DNA from: Lingula anatina
Taxonomy: Eukaryota; Animalia; Brachiopoda
Direction of reading: 5' to 3'
Assembly: GCA_051362555.1 (NCBI GenBank)
Contig: CM120641.1
Location: forward strand, 26,666,401 to 26,730,400
DNA: 64,000 bases
The notes beneath the pieces were generated by a model. That model saw only the letters and a list, made by a program, of their open reading frames with translations, was not told where the DNA came from and did not search any database. The position numbers and the translations under genes were made by a program. This document shows, piece by piece, positions 12,831 through 24,024 of this stretch. Each line of letters starts with the position of its first letter. Positions within the stretch are counted from its first letter, which is position 1.

Positions 12831-12996
12831 AGAATAAAAGAAAAGGAGATGAGACCCTGGAAATTGCAACTTGAAAACTAAGCGGCTGGACAGCAAGAAG
12901 TACAGGGACTTGATAGTGCTGGGTTTGCCTTGGAAGAGCACAGAAGATGACATGAAGGCTTACTTCTCACAGTTTGGTGAAGTCATCGTGGCACAG
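12831..12996 (+). pseudogene. TARDBP: Isolated TDP-43 exon (NLS region plus start of RRM1) with a 1-nt frameshift
   Basis: Translates [14 protein letters not shown] / [41 protein letters not shown], matching TDP-43 DNKRK...[30 protein letters not shown]. Acceptor (cattttag) and donor (CAG|gtagg) are intact at the positions of vertebrate exon 3. The frameshift falls at acttgaaaact (~12870-12878). No other TDP-43 exons were seen in the window. Confidence 0.85.
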
Positions 12997-13258
12997 GTAG
13001 GGCCTACTCATTGCTACTCGTTAAGATCACTGATATGGGCTTCATGAAAAAGTTTCTTTAAAGTTAGTCTTTAGTTTTTGACCAAAAGGATTAAAATGGA
13101 GCAGTCATGAGTTATTACTTGTAACAAATGATTGCAATTTAGATCTTCTAATATAACTAATTACTATTTAGAGTGAACTGCTTATGACGCAGACTGCTTT
13201 AAATACACGATTTATGGGAATTAAACGAACTAATGCTATTTTTCCTTTCTGTTTACAG

Positions 13259-13405
13259 AATTCGATTATGGCAAATCCAGATGGAGCTCCCATTTTTCGT
13301 AAGAAGATTCCAGCCATGGTCTGTTTATAAGGTGGCTGCATGGGGGAACATCGGAAGCATATGGTGTTCCTCGGAAATGGAAACCTTCCATGGAAGCCGT
13401 AAAAG
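13259..13405 (+). repeat. Diverged tenth copy of the exon cassette
   Basis: ttcctttctgtttacag|aattcgattatggc...gccatggtctgtttataaggtggctgcatggggg...aaaag|gtaac. The downstream intron start resembles the one after cassette 9. Confidence 0.8.
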
Positions 13406-14148
13406 GTAACTCATGTTATTGCGGAGAATAATACACTAAAGTCATTTTACCTTACAAAATTCTTGAGATAAAGCCCTTAGCCACATTAATTATACAGCTC
13501 ACTTCCACAAGGCAGTGTATCTTCCCCTTGACTCACTTCTGGACTAAAAAAATTAAGATTAGTGGGTTGGGTAGGGAGAAAGGATAAATAGGGAAACTAA
13601 TGTCTTCTAAATTTCCGTTTTAAAGTTGAGGCAGATAGCATTGGTGAGCGCCTTGCCTGATGATGGTCCATTTTCATAAGTTTAAAATGGAGAAAGCGAT
13701 GTCAGCATTTGGAATTTCAAGAGTCCTTGCCTAGTTGTAATATCATTGGAATTTAGGACCCTTTAATGTAAGTTATAGGCCAGGGTAGAGAGTAAAAAAT
13801 GATCTTAATCGTCATTTATTCTATAGATATTACAAATCTTTTGTCGATGCAAATTCAACAAACTGGGCATTTTGTGCAACGCCTTAGACAAAATTGTCTT
13901 AATTAGACCGTTTTGAAACAGTTGTCTAAATGTAGACATTTTTGTTTTTTATTTACAATATACTCAAGAAAATTCATATAGCAGACGTTTTAGAATCCAA
14001 AGCCCTTTCAATTTGTCATAAACTTGCAAAAAAAAAAAAAAACGTGAAAAAAATCATTTTAGTGGTCAAAAGCTTTTAATTTGTCACAATTTTGCAAAAG
14101 AAAATCACTCAAGTAAAATATTTTGACATCCTATCGGCCAACTTTCAG

Positions 14149-14255
14149 ATCTTCACCAGTTTCAATGTGACACACGTGGCGTTGTCACTGGTCTAGAATA
14201 CCAGAAGCTACTACCCCCAACCTCGCCCTTGTGGTAGTAAGAGGCAATCGTACAG
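14149..14255 (+). other. Candidate non-coding exon of the same transcription unit
   Basis: ctttcag| acceptor and CAG|gtgag donor; stop codons in all three frames. Next candidate acceptor at 14590; AATAAA at 16127. Confidence 0.35.
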
Positions 14256-17200
14256 GTGAGCATGTATTTTCATCTGTTTATATTGTTCAGATTGTTAGGG
14301 GTTTTCGCGTTTCATATTCCTTCCTTTATCCCTCTTATTTTCTAGTCACTTTCTTTTTGTAGAATATTAGCACTCTCCTAAATCATACTGTGGTTTTGTG
14401 TTATTTTATAGAAATAAAATGAAATAAAATAAAATAATCGTGTTAAGAACCAAAGCATTATGAAACATAAAAATACTTGCTACAGGTAACGATGTGTAAA
14501 TACCAGTGACATACATGTTCTTTGTTGCAATTACTGCAAGTTTTCAATTACTTTTCATACCTTGTGTGAAATGTTACATTTCATTTGTAGGCTACGATAT
14601 GGCAGTTTTCCAGGAATAATGCCCGAACGCAAATGCCATCAATCCTAGCCAAAATGTCCAAGATGTGAAACACTTAATAGCGCTAGCATCGAACCCCTGT
14701 AGCCACTTTCATTGATGATCGGACGTCCTAGCAGTCTTGGTTTTTTAAGAACACAGCTTGTCTGCAAAAAATTGAGAATGTGGAATGGTAATGAAGAGCA
14801 ATGTACTGAATGTAAGAGGAATACAACCTAATAATGTACTCGGGCCTTTTATATATTGATAATATTTGAGCTTCATATGTCACAGATATGAGTTGGGTGT
14901 AATGTTTTTAGTAAGTTCTATTTTTTCACTTAGACGACGAAACATTTTATTCCAAAAGCTTAAGAGAAAACTGACGGTCAGTATGGTCATCCATAATTCC
15001 ATAAATGTTCAATTGAATAAGATGAATTGTGGTTCTGTGTGAAAATTTTAAGTCTGCCTCTACAGTTATTATTAAAACTTGAAATAGAATATCCAGTTGC
15101 TTTATCCACATCTCAATGCAGATAAGTTTTCGCCTGCAAAACATTGGTATTACCACCACTTATGGTCGTCTGTGCTTTATTTCAATCTTAGTGATGTAGT
15201 CATTTTTCAAATTTGTGCTTTTGATGATGTGGAGTTGTTCGTCAGTATAGCGTTTGAGAAGATCATAATCCGCACACTAACCTCGACTAACCCTCACATC
15301 TTTGTAAAATCCGACTTGATGTAAAGGCTTTTACATGAAGAGGTTTTACATTGACAGCTTGTGCAAAATCTATAATGAAATATTTTACGTTTGAGAAAAT
15401 ATTTCATTATATTTTTTGTACACAGTCTGCTCCTCGTGAGGGATGGCTGGGTGCACACAGTCATCTCTCAAGATTGAGGATCGCACATTACTAATATTAT
15501 GATTTTCTCAAGTGTTATAGTTGACAAATATATCCAATTCATCATATATGCACCTTTTTCCTCCGGACCCAAAAATTCATATTGAAATTTGCATGGACGG
15601 TCATACGGTGTAATATGAAATATGTTGAAGCAGGCTTGCCTTATTCTTTACTTGTATCATACAGGTAGTTGCGATTTCAAGGCAAAATTACATTTGAGAA
15701 ACTTTATTTTAAACAGTTATATGTCAAAGTTTAATTTCAATCATTGAGGTGTTTCTTTCAGTAGGAATTACATGTACTTTGGTAAATACTTGTGCTTCAT
15801 CTTGTGTACCAGTATAGTGTATATAGAGAATGGTTTGCAATCACGAGAAAAAGTTCATTCAGGTGCACCATGCTGTCTAAAATGGGACGATATTTATGAA
15901 CTGCAAGGCGACATGCCAATAAAAAACTGAAGTTATCATGTTTTAAAGACTGAAGCATCCGGGCGTGGGCATTTTCCCGGCATTCCCCACGAAGGGTTTA
16001 GACGGTTTTTTTCCCCACGGCCCAAGGGCATGGGGTACTACCATTTATTGATTCATTGCATTTACATAATTCATTAATGATTACTTAAGTACTTCTGAAA
16101 TTGAATGTTACTGTATATAATAGTTGAATAAAACTATATTCTCCTAATTTTCTTTTTGTTTAAAAAAAAAAAAAAAACCGAGGCGTGCGCAGATGGAAAA
16201 ATTATCATCAGACTTGCAAATTAATTGAAATGGAGTTGCATGCCTATGCACGTGGCTCGTTTAATTATATTTTCAATTACCCCTTCTCACTTGAACTTAA
16301 TTTAAGATTTGGTGATTTGTGTCACATAGATTTCTTCCATAAAACTAGGCAATGTCCAGGTTAAAAAAATTATTTTTAGTTTTAGAAATAAAACTGCGGT
16401 GTTGCGTAACTTTTTCTCTGGGCATAACTCGAGCCGATACCCACACTATCCCGAGTCGGATTAGAGCCCCTAGAATCAACTATCTTACATAAATATATCC
16501 TGCTGTAGATGTAAGAATCGAGCACCTTTTGTTGTTAGTGAAGGGGTACCTATATAATGGCGAATCCAGGATTTCCTAGAGGGGGGTTCGTTTTTATTGA
16601 TTCCCCCTACCCCACGAAAAAAAGCACTTTTTAAAATTCAGTGCGTTGACGGAACGATTCGAATTGAGCATTAAATAAATTATTTATAAATTAATATATT
16701 AACAATAAACTCACTAAATTCACGATGCAGGACTCGAATATTTTTGATATGTAAGAATTTTTCATGCTCGATTAACAGACCATATCTAAGATGATCTCGC
16801 GTCATAATCAGCTATGGCGGTGTTAAGAGAGGCATTTATATACAGAACAGTCGAACAGTAGATCGATGGCATTGAAAATCACAGCCTCGCAATAGAGAAT
16901 TCCTGTTTAAATATAAAATTCTGCATACTTCAAGGTGACTTATTACCGTTTACATCCACAGAAAGGCAGCCAGTTGGGACATTCGATGCCACTCGCGCTT
17001 TACTCGGCTTGGAAACTTATATTTCGATCGTTATATTTCAAACGAATGCAGCTGCAGGTTATAAAACCCATCCGTGAGAAATTCACCAAACAATTTCACA
17101 TCGCTACCAATTCCGTCTTTAAAAAAAACATGAATTTATACTAGTCTGTGTTGCGTAGAGTCCTGTTTTGGTCGGTTAAAACAATTATTTTAATCATTAA

Positions 17201-19316
17201 ATCTAACAAAAATTATTCTGACATATATTTTTAGTTTAGAGAGGTGAAATTCGTAATTTTACTCTTCTTGGTAATTTTTATCATAATTTTATCATTAATT
17301 ATAATTACATTAATTACAAGGCGATAAGCGCGACGCTAATTTCCAAAACAGCGGCAAATGCATGATTACAATTTTATAAAGGTAAACAAGACATAATAAA
17401 TACACCTTTGTTAGCTGTTTGTTGGTTTTAACGTTCACTGGTTTACCAACAATAAATTTACTTTTCTAATTTAACCTAACAGTAACAACGAGGATTTATT
17501 TTGTGTGAAAAAAGTGTAAAGACTGTGACAAGAGTGAGTGAAACCAACTTTCGATCTCAGTCTTTTTAAGCAATTTCTAAAGAGGCGTATTTTTCCGGAT
17601 AAATGCCATCGATAATATATACGATCTAAACCGTGACTCGTGGTTTTCGGGATTTTCGACGTGCATTGTCAGTGAGGTATGAATAAAGGTTATTTGATGT
17701 GATTTGCGAATGGTGATTTTATTTTCCGCGAACTGTGATCACTACCTCCCACCAGTGGGATCCTCCTCTCTCTGCATGTGCGTGTGCTTGCTTGTGTACT
17801 TAAAGTAAGCATGTTTGTGTTTTTGCGTGAGTGCGAGAATAACGTATGTAGTAATGGCCACTAATGGACGCTACATCGCTGAGAGATAATTTGAAAATAA
17901 CTTAATTCGTATCGTCAAACAAGGCAAGGGAGCAGGTTAAAACCTGGCGCCAAAATATGCATAGCATTCTCCCGCAAATTAATGGGAATACAGCTCCCAG
18001 AAGTGTTTACAATTATAATGAAGATATTTTGAGAATTATTATTTTAGTTTTGTTATTTTCAAAAATTAAGCTGTTCTCTTCAGTTTTTGTCCCAAACCTT
18101 TTTGGCCTCCTCTCGTAGCGTAGCGTGTAAATGTCAGGTTCACTGCACGACTATATTTAATATCCGCCATTCATTAATATGCTACTAAATCTATCAACTT
18201 CTCTCCTTATGCACGAGTCATCAAAATTCTAGAATATAAAAGATTTCAAAATAGTATTTTATTAATGTTATTTTATTTACAGCACTGAAGCAAGACAGAC
18301 CTTTGATCCTGCAGTGACATATGTATTTGGCGTACTTGTCAGATTCACAAGCATTAAAACTAAAACCACCTAAAACACAAAACCCACTTATACAGCATTA
18401 CCATCATACAAGTCTGAAATAAAATTGGATATATTCAACTAAAATTACCTCGTGTGTTACGAAACATTGAACAGGGCATGCCTTCATGAAATTTTGAACA
18501 TTTTCCCTTTTTTAGATACCCTTTGTTCACATTGGTGTTTATACTTAGACTGTCCAATACTAACATTGGATTGAAAAGAAGTTGTACACAGAAAATGGGT
18601 ACCAAGGACGTCAAAAATGGCATAATTCACAAACTGTTATATATAGTAACTGGAGGGCTCCCAAATGCCCACATTTTTTTTGAAAATGCATACAAGTCAA
18701 TTTTGAAATACTTATCCTGTTGAATAACTTGTAATAAATAGGTATTCCTAAAAAAGTTTTTTAAATGTAACAATATGAACCATTATTAGACAGTTCTATG
18801 TAAAAGTCTTTGGCTTCACTATAAAATATTTATAATATACAATGTATCCTAGATTCAACTTCCATATAAAATTTCAAACATTTTTTGAACACAGGGTCAC
18901 AGTTACAACAAAAACGTAATAGTGCCACAACCTTCTTGGGCATAACATTTTGTTGCAGACAACATTCAGATGCTACATTTAGCAACTCTGTTTGTTCTGT
19001 AGCTCTGCATCCTGGGACATTGTTCATCTACCCAATCCACATAACTGGCCTCCTACTTATATACACTGTTCACTATCGATAACGAGGACTTCTGTTCCTG
19101 TACCTAAAATGAAAATATTGCTTATGTTTAACCTTGGTGCTACAATCTTCTTTCTGGGTAAATTTTATCATGATGTATGAATGCATTTTTTAGAAGTATG
19201 AAACTCCTGAATAACTTGTGAGTGAAGAACAATACTACATGCTCTAAAACATCATATGAATTTTAATAGGTAATGGTGTGCAGACCAATATATCAAATCT
19301 GGTAAGAAAATTTCCC

Positions 19317-21186
19317 TCACCCAGGTCTCTCATCTCTCATATCTCTAGCACCCCTGTCTCTGTAATCCCTAGTTGGAGGGTAGTCCCGGCCAAAGTCTCT
19401 TCCTCCCCTAGTTGGTGGCGGCGGTGGTGGTGGTGGTGACCTGTTGTGGTAACAATCATTTAATATGCACATTAAACTACACAATTATAACGTTCGTGGA
19501 CAACAAACTAACTCTGAACACGTTCGTTGCTGAAGACACCCCCAAAGTCGATGATATGGTTGCACTTCCGTAGGCTGCTGATGTGTGAAGGATGAAGCGA
19601 AGAAAATATAAGGAAAAGACATAAGAAGCGGTGCCAGTGTGGATGCCCATTCTTCCTGGTGAACGCTGATCACTGAAACAAAACTATATTTCTGATTAAT
19701 GAAAAGTTGCACAGGGGGAAGTAACAAGCCGAAGAATGAGCTGCTCCTCCATGCTTTTAAATCGTAGGTTGAAGGAAACATGGTTGAATTGATTTAGGAT
19801 TCCACCATGCCAACAAGCAAGGGATAATTCACACCTTATTGAAAGCATGATGATCAGATGAAATGTTCGCCGGATAAACTCTTTACATGCTAGATGTAAT
19901 CACCTTAACAGATTCCCAGATGCAAGGGCGCAGACTTATTGCCAACCAATGCTTCCACCAGTGACACATGTATAAGCTTTCAATATATCACTGCAATTTT
20001 GTTGCATGCTGTAATGCAACATGGTTTACATAAACATGTGCAAACAACGTCAGGGAAATTTGGAGACTCAGCCAAGATTTATAACTCCTACATCCATTTC
20101 CAGATGAAAAAGGAACCAATTTACTTTAAAGGAATGTCACAGTGGTGAACGTAGAAGATCCCTTCCCTCAAGTGAAGGCGAGACGAAGACAGGTGGTGCT
20201 TATTTTCTAACATTACTGACTTACAACTGAAGTTACACCGCAGTGTGCAATTCTGGGATGACAAAAGGCAGTAGATGCACTCCCAGAAAAGTAGATTCAG
20301 CCAGTAGAGAGAATTTTCCAGGGTGGTTGTATTTATAATCTAGATGATTTATTTTAGATCTGACTGGCAAAACTGTCAAAATATGGCAGAGCAAACATCA
20401 AGCATGCAAACATGTGGATGCAGAAATTATCTGCGCACTGAACTTCGTGATATTTGTAGCGCAGAGGGAATGGTTGTCAGGGCCTGCTGAGCAAGACTAC
20501 GCTGGCTGCCACGATCTTTTCTGGCCACCTCTTCCTTTTCTTAATCTGGAAAATATAAACCATGAGAAAAAGGAGCAATACAGAAATCACCCTGCTGGAT
20601 ACCTTCGTCGAGAGACTGGTGACCTGCTTCGATATCCTCCTGGTGGTGAACGTCTATCCCAGGGCGCTGCTCCAGCATATAACTCGCGATACCGCTGATC
20701 ATCTCTGTAACGTGGCATATCCATGTCCCTGTAACGTGGGTCGTAGCCATATCTGGGGTCAAATTCATCGTAGCGTGGAGGTCCATCGCGCAGACCACGT
20801 GGTGGTGTTAAAGCTCGTCGTGGAGGTGACATCTGGCGACGTGGTATTGGTGGTGGTGTAAGTCGTCGACGTGGTGGAGAACGACGCGGACTTCTTCCTC
20901 GCGGTGGTTTTCCTCTTCCTGCGGGGCGGGGCTTTGGACCAGAGTTTTTGGACAGCTCAACTCTAACTTTGGAACCACAGACATGCTTCCCATCCATAGC
21001 ACGGACTGCTCTTTCTGCTTCCCTTGTAGTAGAAAACTCCAAGAATGCAAATCCTGGTGGATTATGCGCCACCCAAACATCCATCAACTTTCCAAATCTT
21101 GAGAATTCCTTTTCCAGCTCATCCTTGCGAACGTTTGCCAGAAGATCTCCGACATAAACCCGCCGGCCTGTACCTTTGTTTGACAT
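19317..21186 (-). CDS. SR splicing factor of the SRSF3/SRSF7 (Rbp1-like) family, with alternative C-termini
   Basis: Likely start ATG 21186 (MSNKGTGRRVYVGDL...VWVAHNPPGFAFLEF, an SRSF3/7-type RRM), followed by an R/S/P- and RD-rich tail. The unspliced form stops at 20587 (199 aa). The spliced form uses donor 20603/20602 and acceptor exon 19440-19317 (SPPPPPPPPTRGGRDFGRDYPPTRDYRDRGARDMRDERPG*). A 5'UTR intron spans 21447-21200. Confidence 0.85.
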
Positions 21187-21449
21187 GGGTAAAACTTTTC
21201 TGAAAAAAAAATTAAAAATGGATTTAACAGCCTTAGGAATAACCGTCGTATAGCTTCTATAGTTTGACAATATAAATATCAAGGAAAACGTTAGGACAGT
21301 AGTTACACCAGGTACGAGGCGAGGATATATACTTAGGAAAAACATAACCAAACATGTGCGTATACGACTGCGGTAAGATTAAGTAAACAGATTAAGCTCT
21401 AGATGGTGGTTTGAAGATATTACTGCTTTCGTGAAACAATATTTTACCT

Positions 21450-21764
21450 TTTCTTAACGACTTCAAATGTGGATTTTCAGGACAATACGGCGAGGGGCTT
21501 CTCGTAAATAATCATGGAGCGCGATTACATCGAATGAAGAGCATGTAGTGCGGAACGGAAAGAAAAAGAAAACAAAACATCTCGTTAATATTTAATTAAT
21601 CTTACTATAAGAAATTAATTAACATAAAATAAATGACATTAAAGTTAAGTTAAACACTTGTTTTTAGCTAAGTATTACATTAATTCAACTACAGAAACAA
21701 GGAAGGGTCTCTTTTTAGATGCAATCGTACACAAGTTCAAGGACGTTGACAGACGGACAGCAAA
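21450..21764. promoter_or_regulatory. Bidirectional promoter region shared by the SR gene and CRIPT
   Basis: Divergent first exons lie within ~300 bp; the region is locally CpG-rich with CGGAA (ETS-like) motifs at ~21551-21561. Confidence 0.6.
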
Positions 21765-24024
21765 ATGGTTTGTGAAAAATGTAAGAACCAATTTTTTATA
21801 TACGATTGGCCAATTTGTGAAATAAGTTAGATGTTAAAATGACAATATAAGTAAAATGCAACGTACTGTTTTTATTTACCAACTCACATTTTCATTTTAA
21901 TGCACAAGAGCCGGGATTGCTTTACCAGCATTTATAATTATTGCCACCTACTAGTAGCTGGTATATTGAAATTATCAACTCTGAGCTTTGCAGTGTTAAA
22001 AACTAATCACATATCCTTTGTTTAAAAGGTCAAAAGAAGCTTGGAAAAGTTGTTACCCCAGACACGTGGAAGTCTGGAGCAAGAAATACCACAGGTCAGA
22101 AACAGGTTGCACAATCAATCCCATGCATAATTGTGATTTGTAAATGATGCTTCAACAAGGGGATTGAATTCACTGAAAAAAAAAAGAAAAAAAAAAAACT
22201 GTCGACCTGACTAATCACAGGAAATAGTCATTCGCAAGAAACTAGGGTGATATAAAAGGGAAATTTATTGCTAGGTTATTGATAATGTTCATTGACCAAT
22301 CTTTACAAATGGTTATGATCTGTTTGTGAAAAATAGGGCCACCAACCATGTTTGTAAACTCAAAAAAAGCTAAGTCCATGCCCTAGTAGTTTTCAATATT
22401 ATAGTGGACAACCCAAAATCGGAATAATTAAAAAATAAAATTTACTCACATTGGAAGTGGTTTTTTTCCAGTGTATTGCACTGTATTGCACTTTACTGCA
22501 CATTTTAGTATGGCTGCAGTATGACTGCAGTCTGTTAAGTTAATTGGAATACGTAATGATTGTTATAACTTAACCTATTTATTTGCAGAAGGTGGAGGCA
22601 GGAAAATAAATGAGAACAAGGCTTTGACATCAAGGAAAAATAGGTTTGTTTTCAAAAAATGGTTTTTTTTTTTTTTAGATAACCTGTACTAGCATATGGA
22701 TCTCATTAATTTAGATGCATTAACAGATGTGAATTTAAAATCAAACTTTTGCCACAAAACCTGGTCACATGCCACCATGTCAGACATGAGTACATATTTA
22801 TGCTTTTTATGATGAAATTTTGTGTTTTAGACTGGGTTCCCATGCCTAGATCAATCCATCTGGATCGGTCTAACTTCCTGGGGAGTCTCACTAAATTGCT
22901 GTCGACTAACCAGTTTAAATGTCTGTCACTCCTACTGAAGCAGCTAGGGGGTATTTACCCCCTAACAACTTTACTAGGCATGACAGACATTTAAGTCAGT
23001 TAAGTTTATAGCAATTTAGTGAGACTCCCCAGGGAGATAGATTGATCCAAATATCTGTGGCAATGGTCCTGTAGTTCCAATCCATACACATGGGCAAATG
23101 AATAGGTCAATTTAAATCCAAAAGTTCTAAGAGGATGCAGAACAAGAGATTAATTTATTGCATAACTTGGCATGTCAACTTTTTTTGTGGTAACAAAAAC
23201 TAGTGGAATTGGTTTATATGCATAACTGGGAATTCAGGCTCATTTTATATGTAATTTTAAGATATATTTTTAAGAGATTTCATGCCCACCCACCTACTTC
23301 TATAAAGTGACAGACATTATGAGACACGAGTACATTTTCATGTTTTGTATGATGAAGTTTCTTTTTGTTGTAGATTCAATCCATACACATCCACATTTGC
23401 GAAGTGCAGGATATGCAAGCAGTCAGTTCACCAGGCAGGATCACATTACTGCCAAGGTACAGCTTTGTGCAAGTGTAGCCCCTATATATTTTTACTGTCA
23501 ATATATATTTTTAGAATAATTCTATTTTTTCAGTTTTATGAAAATGTTTGTTGGTGTGTATGTGTTTTTCTTCTTCCTTAACTTTTTCTTTGCTTTTATC
23601 TTTATTTTGTTGAATAACTGTCACTTATGATTTGTAAATTTAATGTTTCCTTGTAATGCTTTAAGGCAAATTATAAATTGAATTATGATTTAATGTATGA
23701 GATGTGAAGTAAAGATTTACATAAATTGATATAATAAGTAGTTTTTAAATTAATAATTAGTCTTATTTTTCATTGTTTTAGGCTGTGCTTATAAACTAGG
23801 TAAGTAATGAATTATTTTTGTTAATATATCAGAGACACTTTCATGAAAGAATTATGAAAAGATAACCCAGTAAGACTTAGTTAAATTCTATAGAAATGAA
23901 TACATTTTCCCATTAAAATTGATGTTGATGTTTTGAATTAATTTTTTTTTCTTTTAAAGGTATATGTGCAATGTGTGGAAAGAAGGTCATTGAGACGAAA
24001 AACTACAGACAAACATCAGTGTAA
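21765..24024 (+). CDS. CRIPT: Cysteine-rich PDZ-binding protein CRIPT, 6 exons, 100 aa
   Basis: Exons 21765-21780, 22029-22094, 22589-22643, 23374-23456, 23782-23799 and 23960-24024 splice to MVCEKCQKKLGKVVTPDTWKSGARNTTEGGGRKINENKALTSRKNRFNPYTSTFAKCRICKQSVHQAGSHYCQGCAYKLGICAMCGKKVIETKNYRQTSV*. It has CxxC pairs and the C-terminal PDZ ligand QTSV. Confidence 0.96.
22861..23049. mobile_element. Palindromic MITE-like insertion in CRIPT intron 3
   Basis: Arms such as gggagtctcactaaattgct / agcaatttagtgagactccc and ttaaatgtctgtca / tgacagacatttaa fold back around ~22955. Confidence 0.75.

Noticed and set aside
20414-21157. Plus-strand ORFs antisense to the SR gene
   Set aside because: They are shadows of GC-rich, repetitive Arg/Pro codons on the opposite strand.
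21187-21351. N-terminal 55 aa of ORF 20587..21351
   Set aside because: It lies mostly in the 5'UTR intron (acceptor at 21200); the likely start is ATG 21186.
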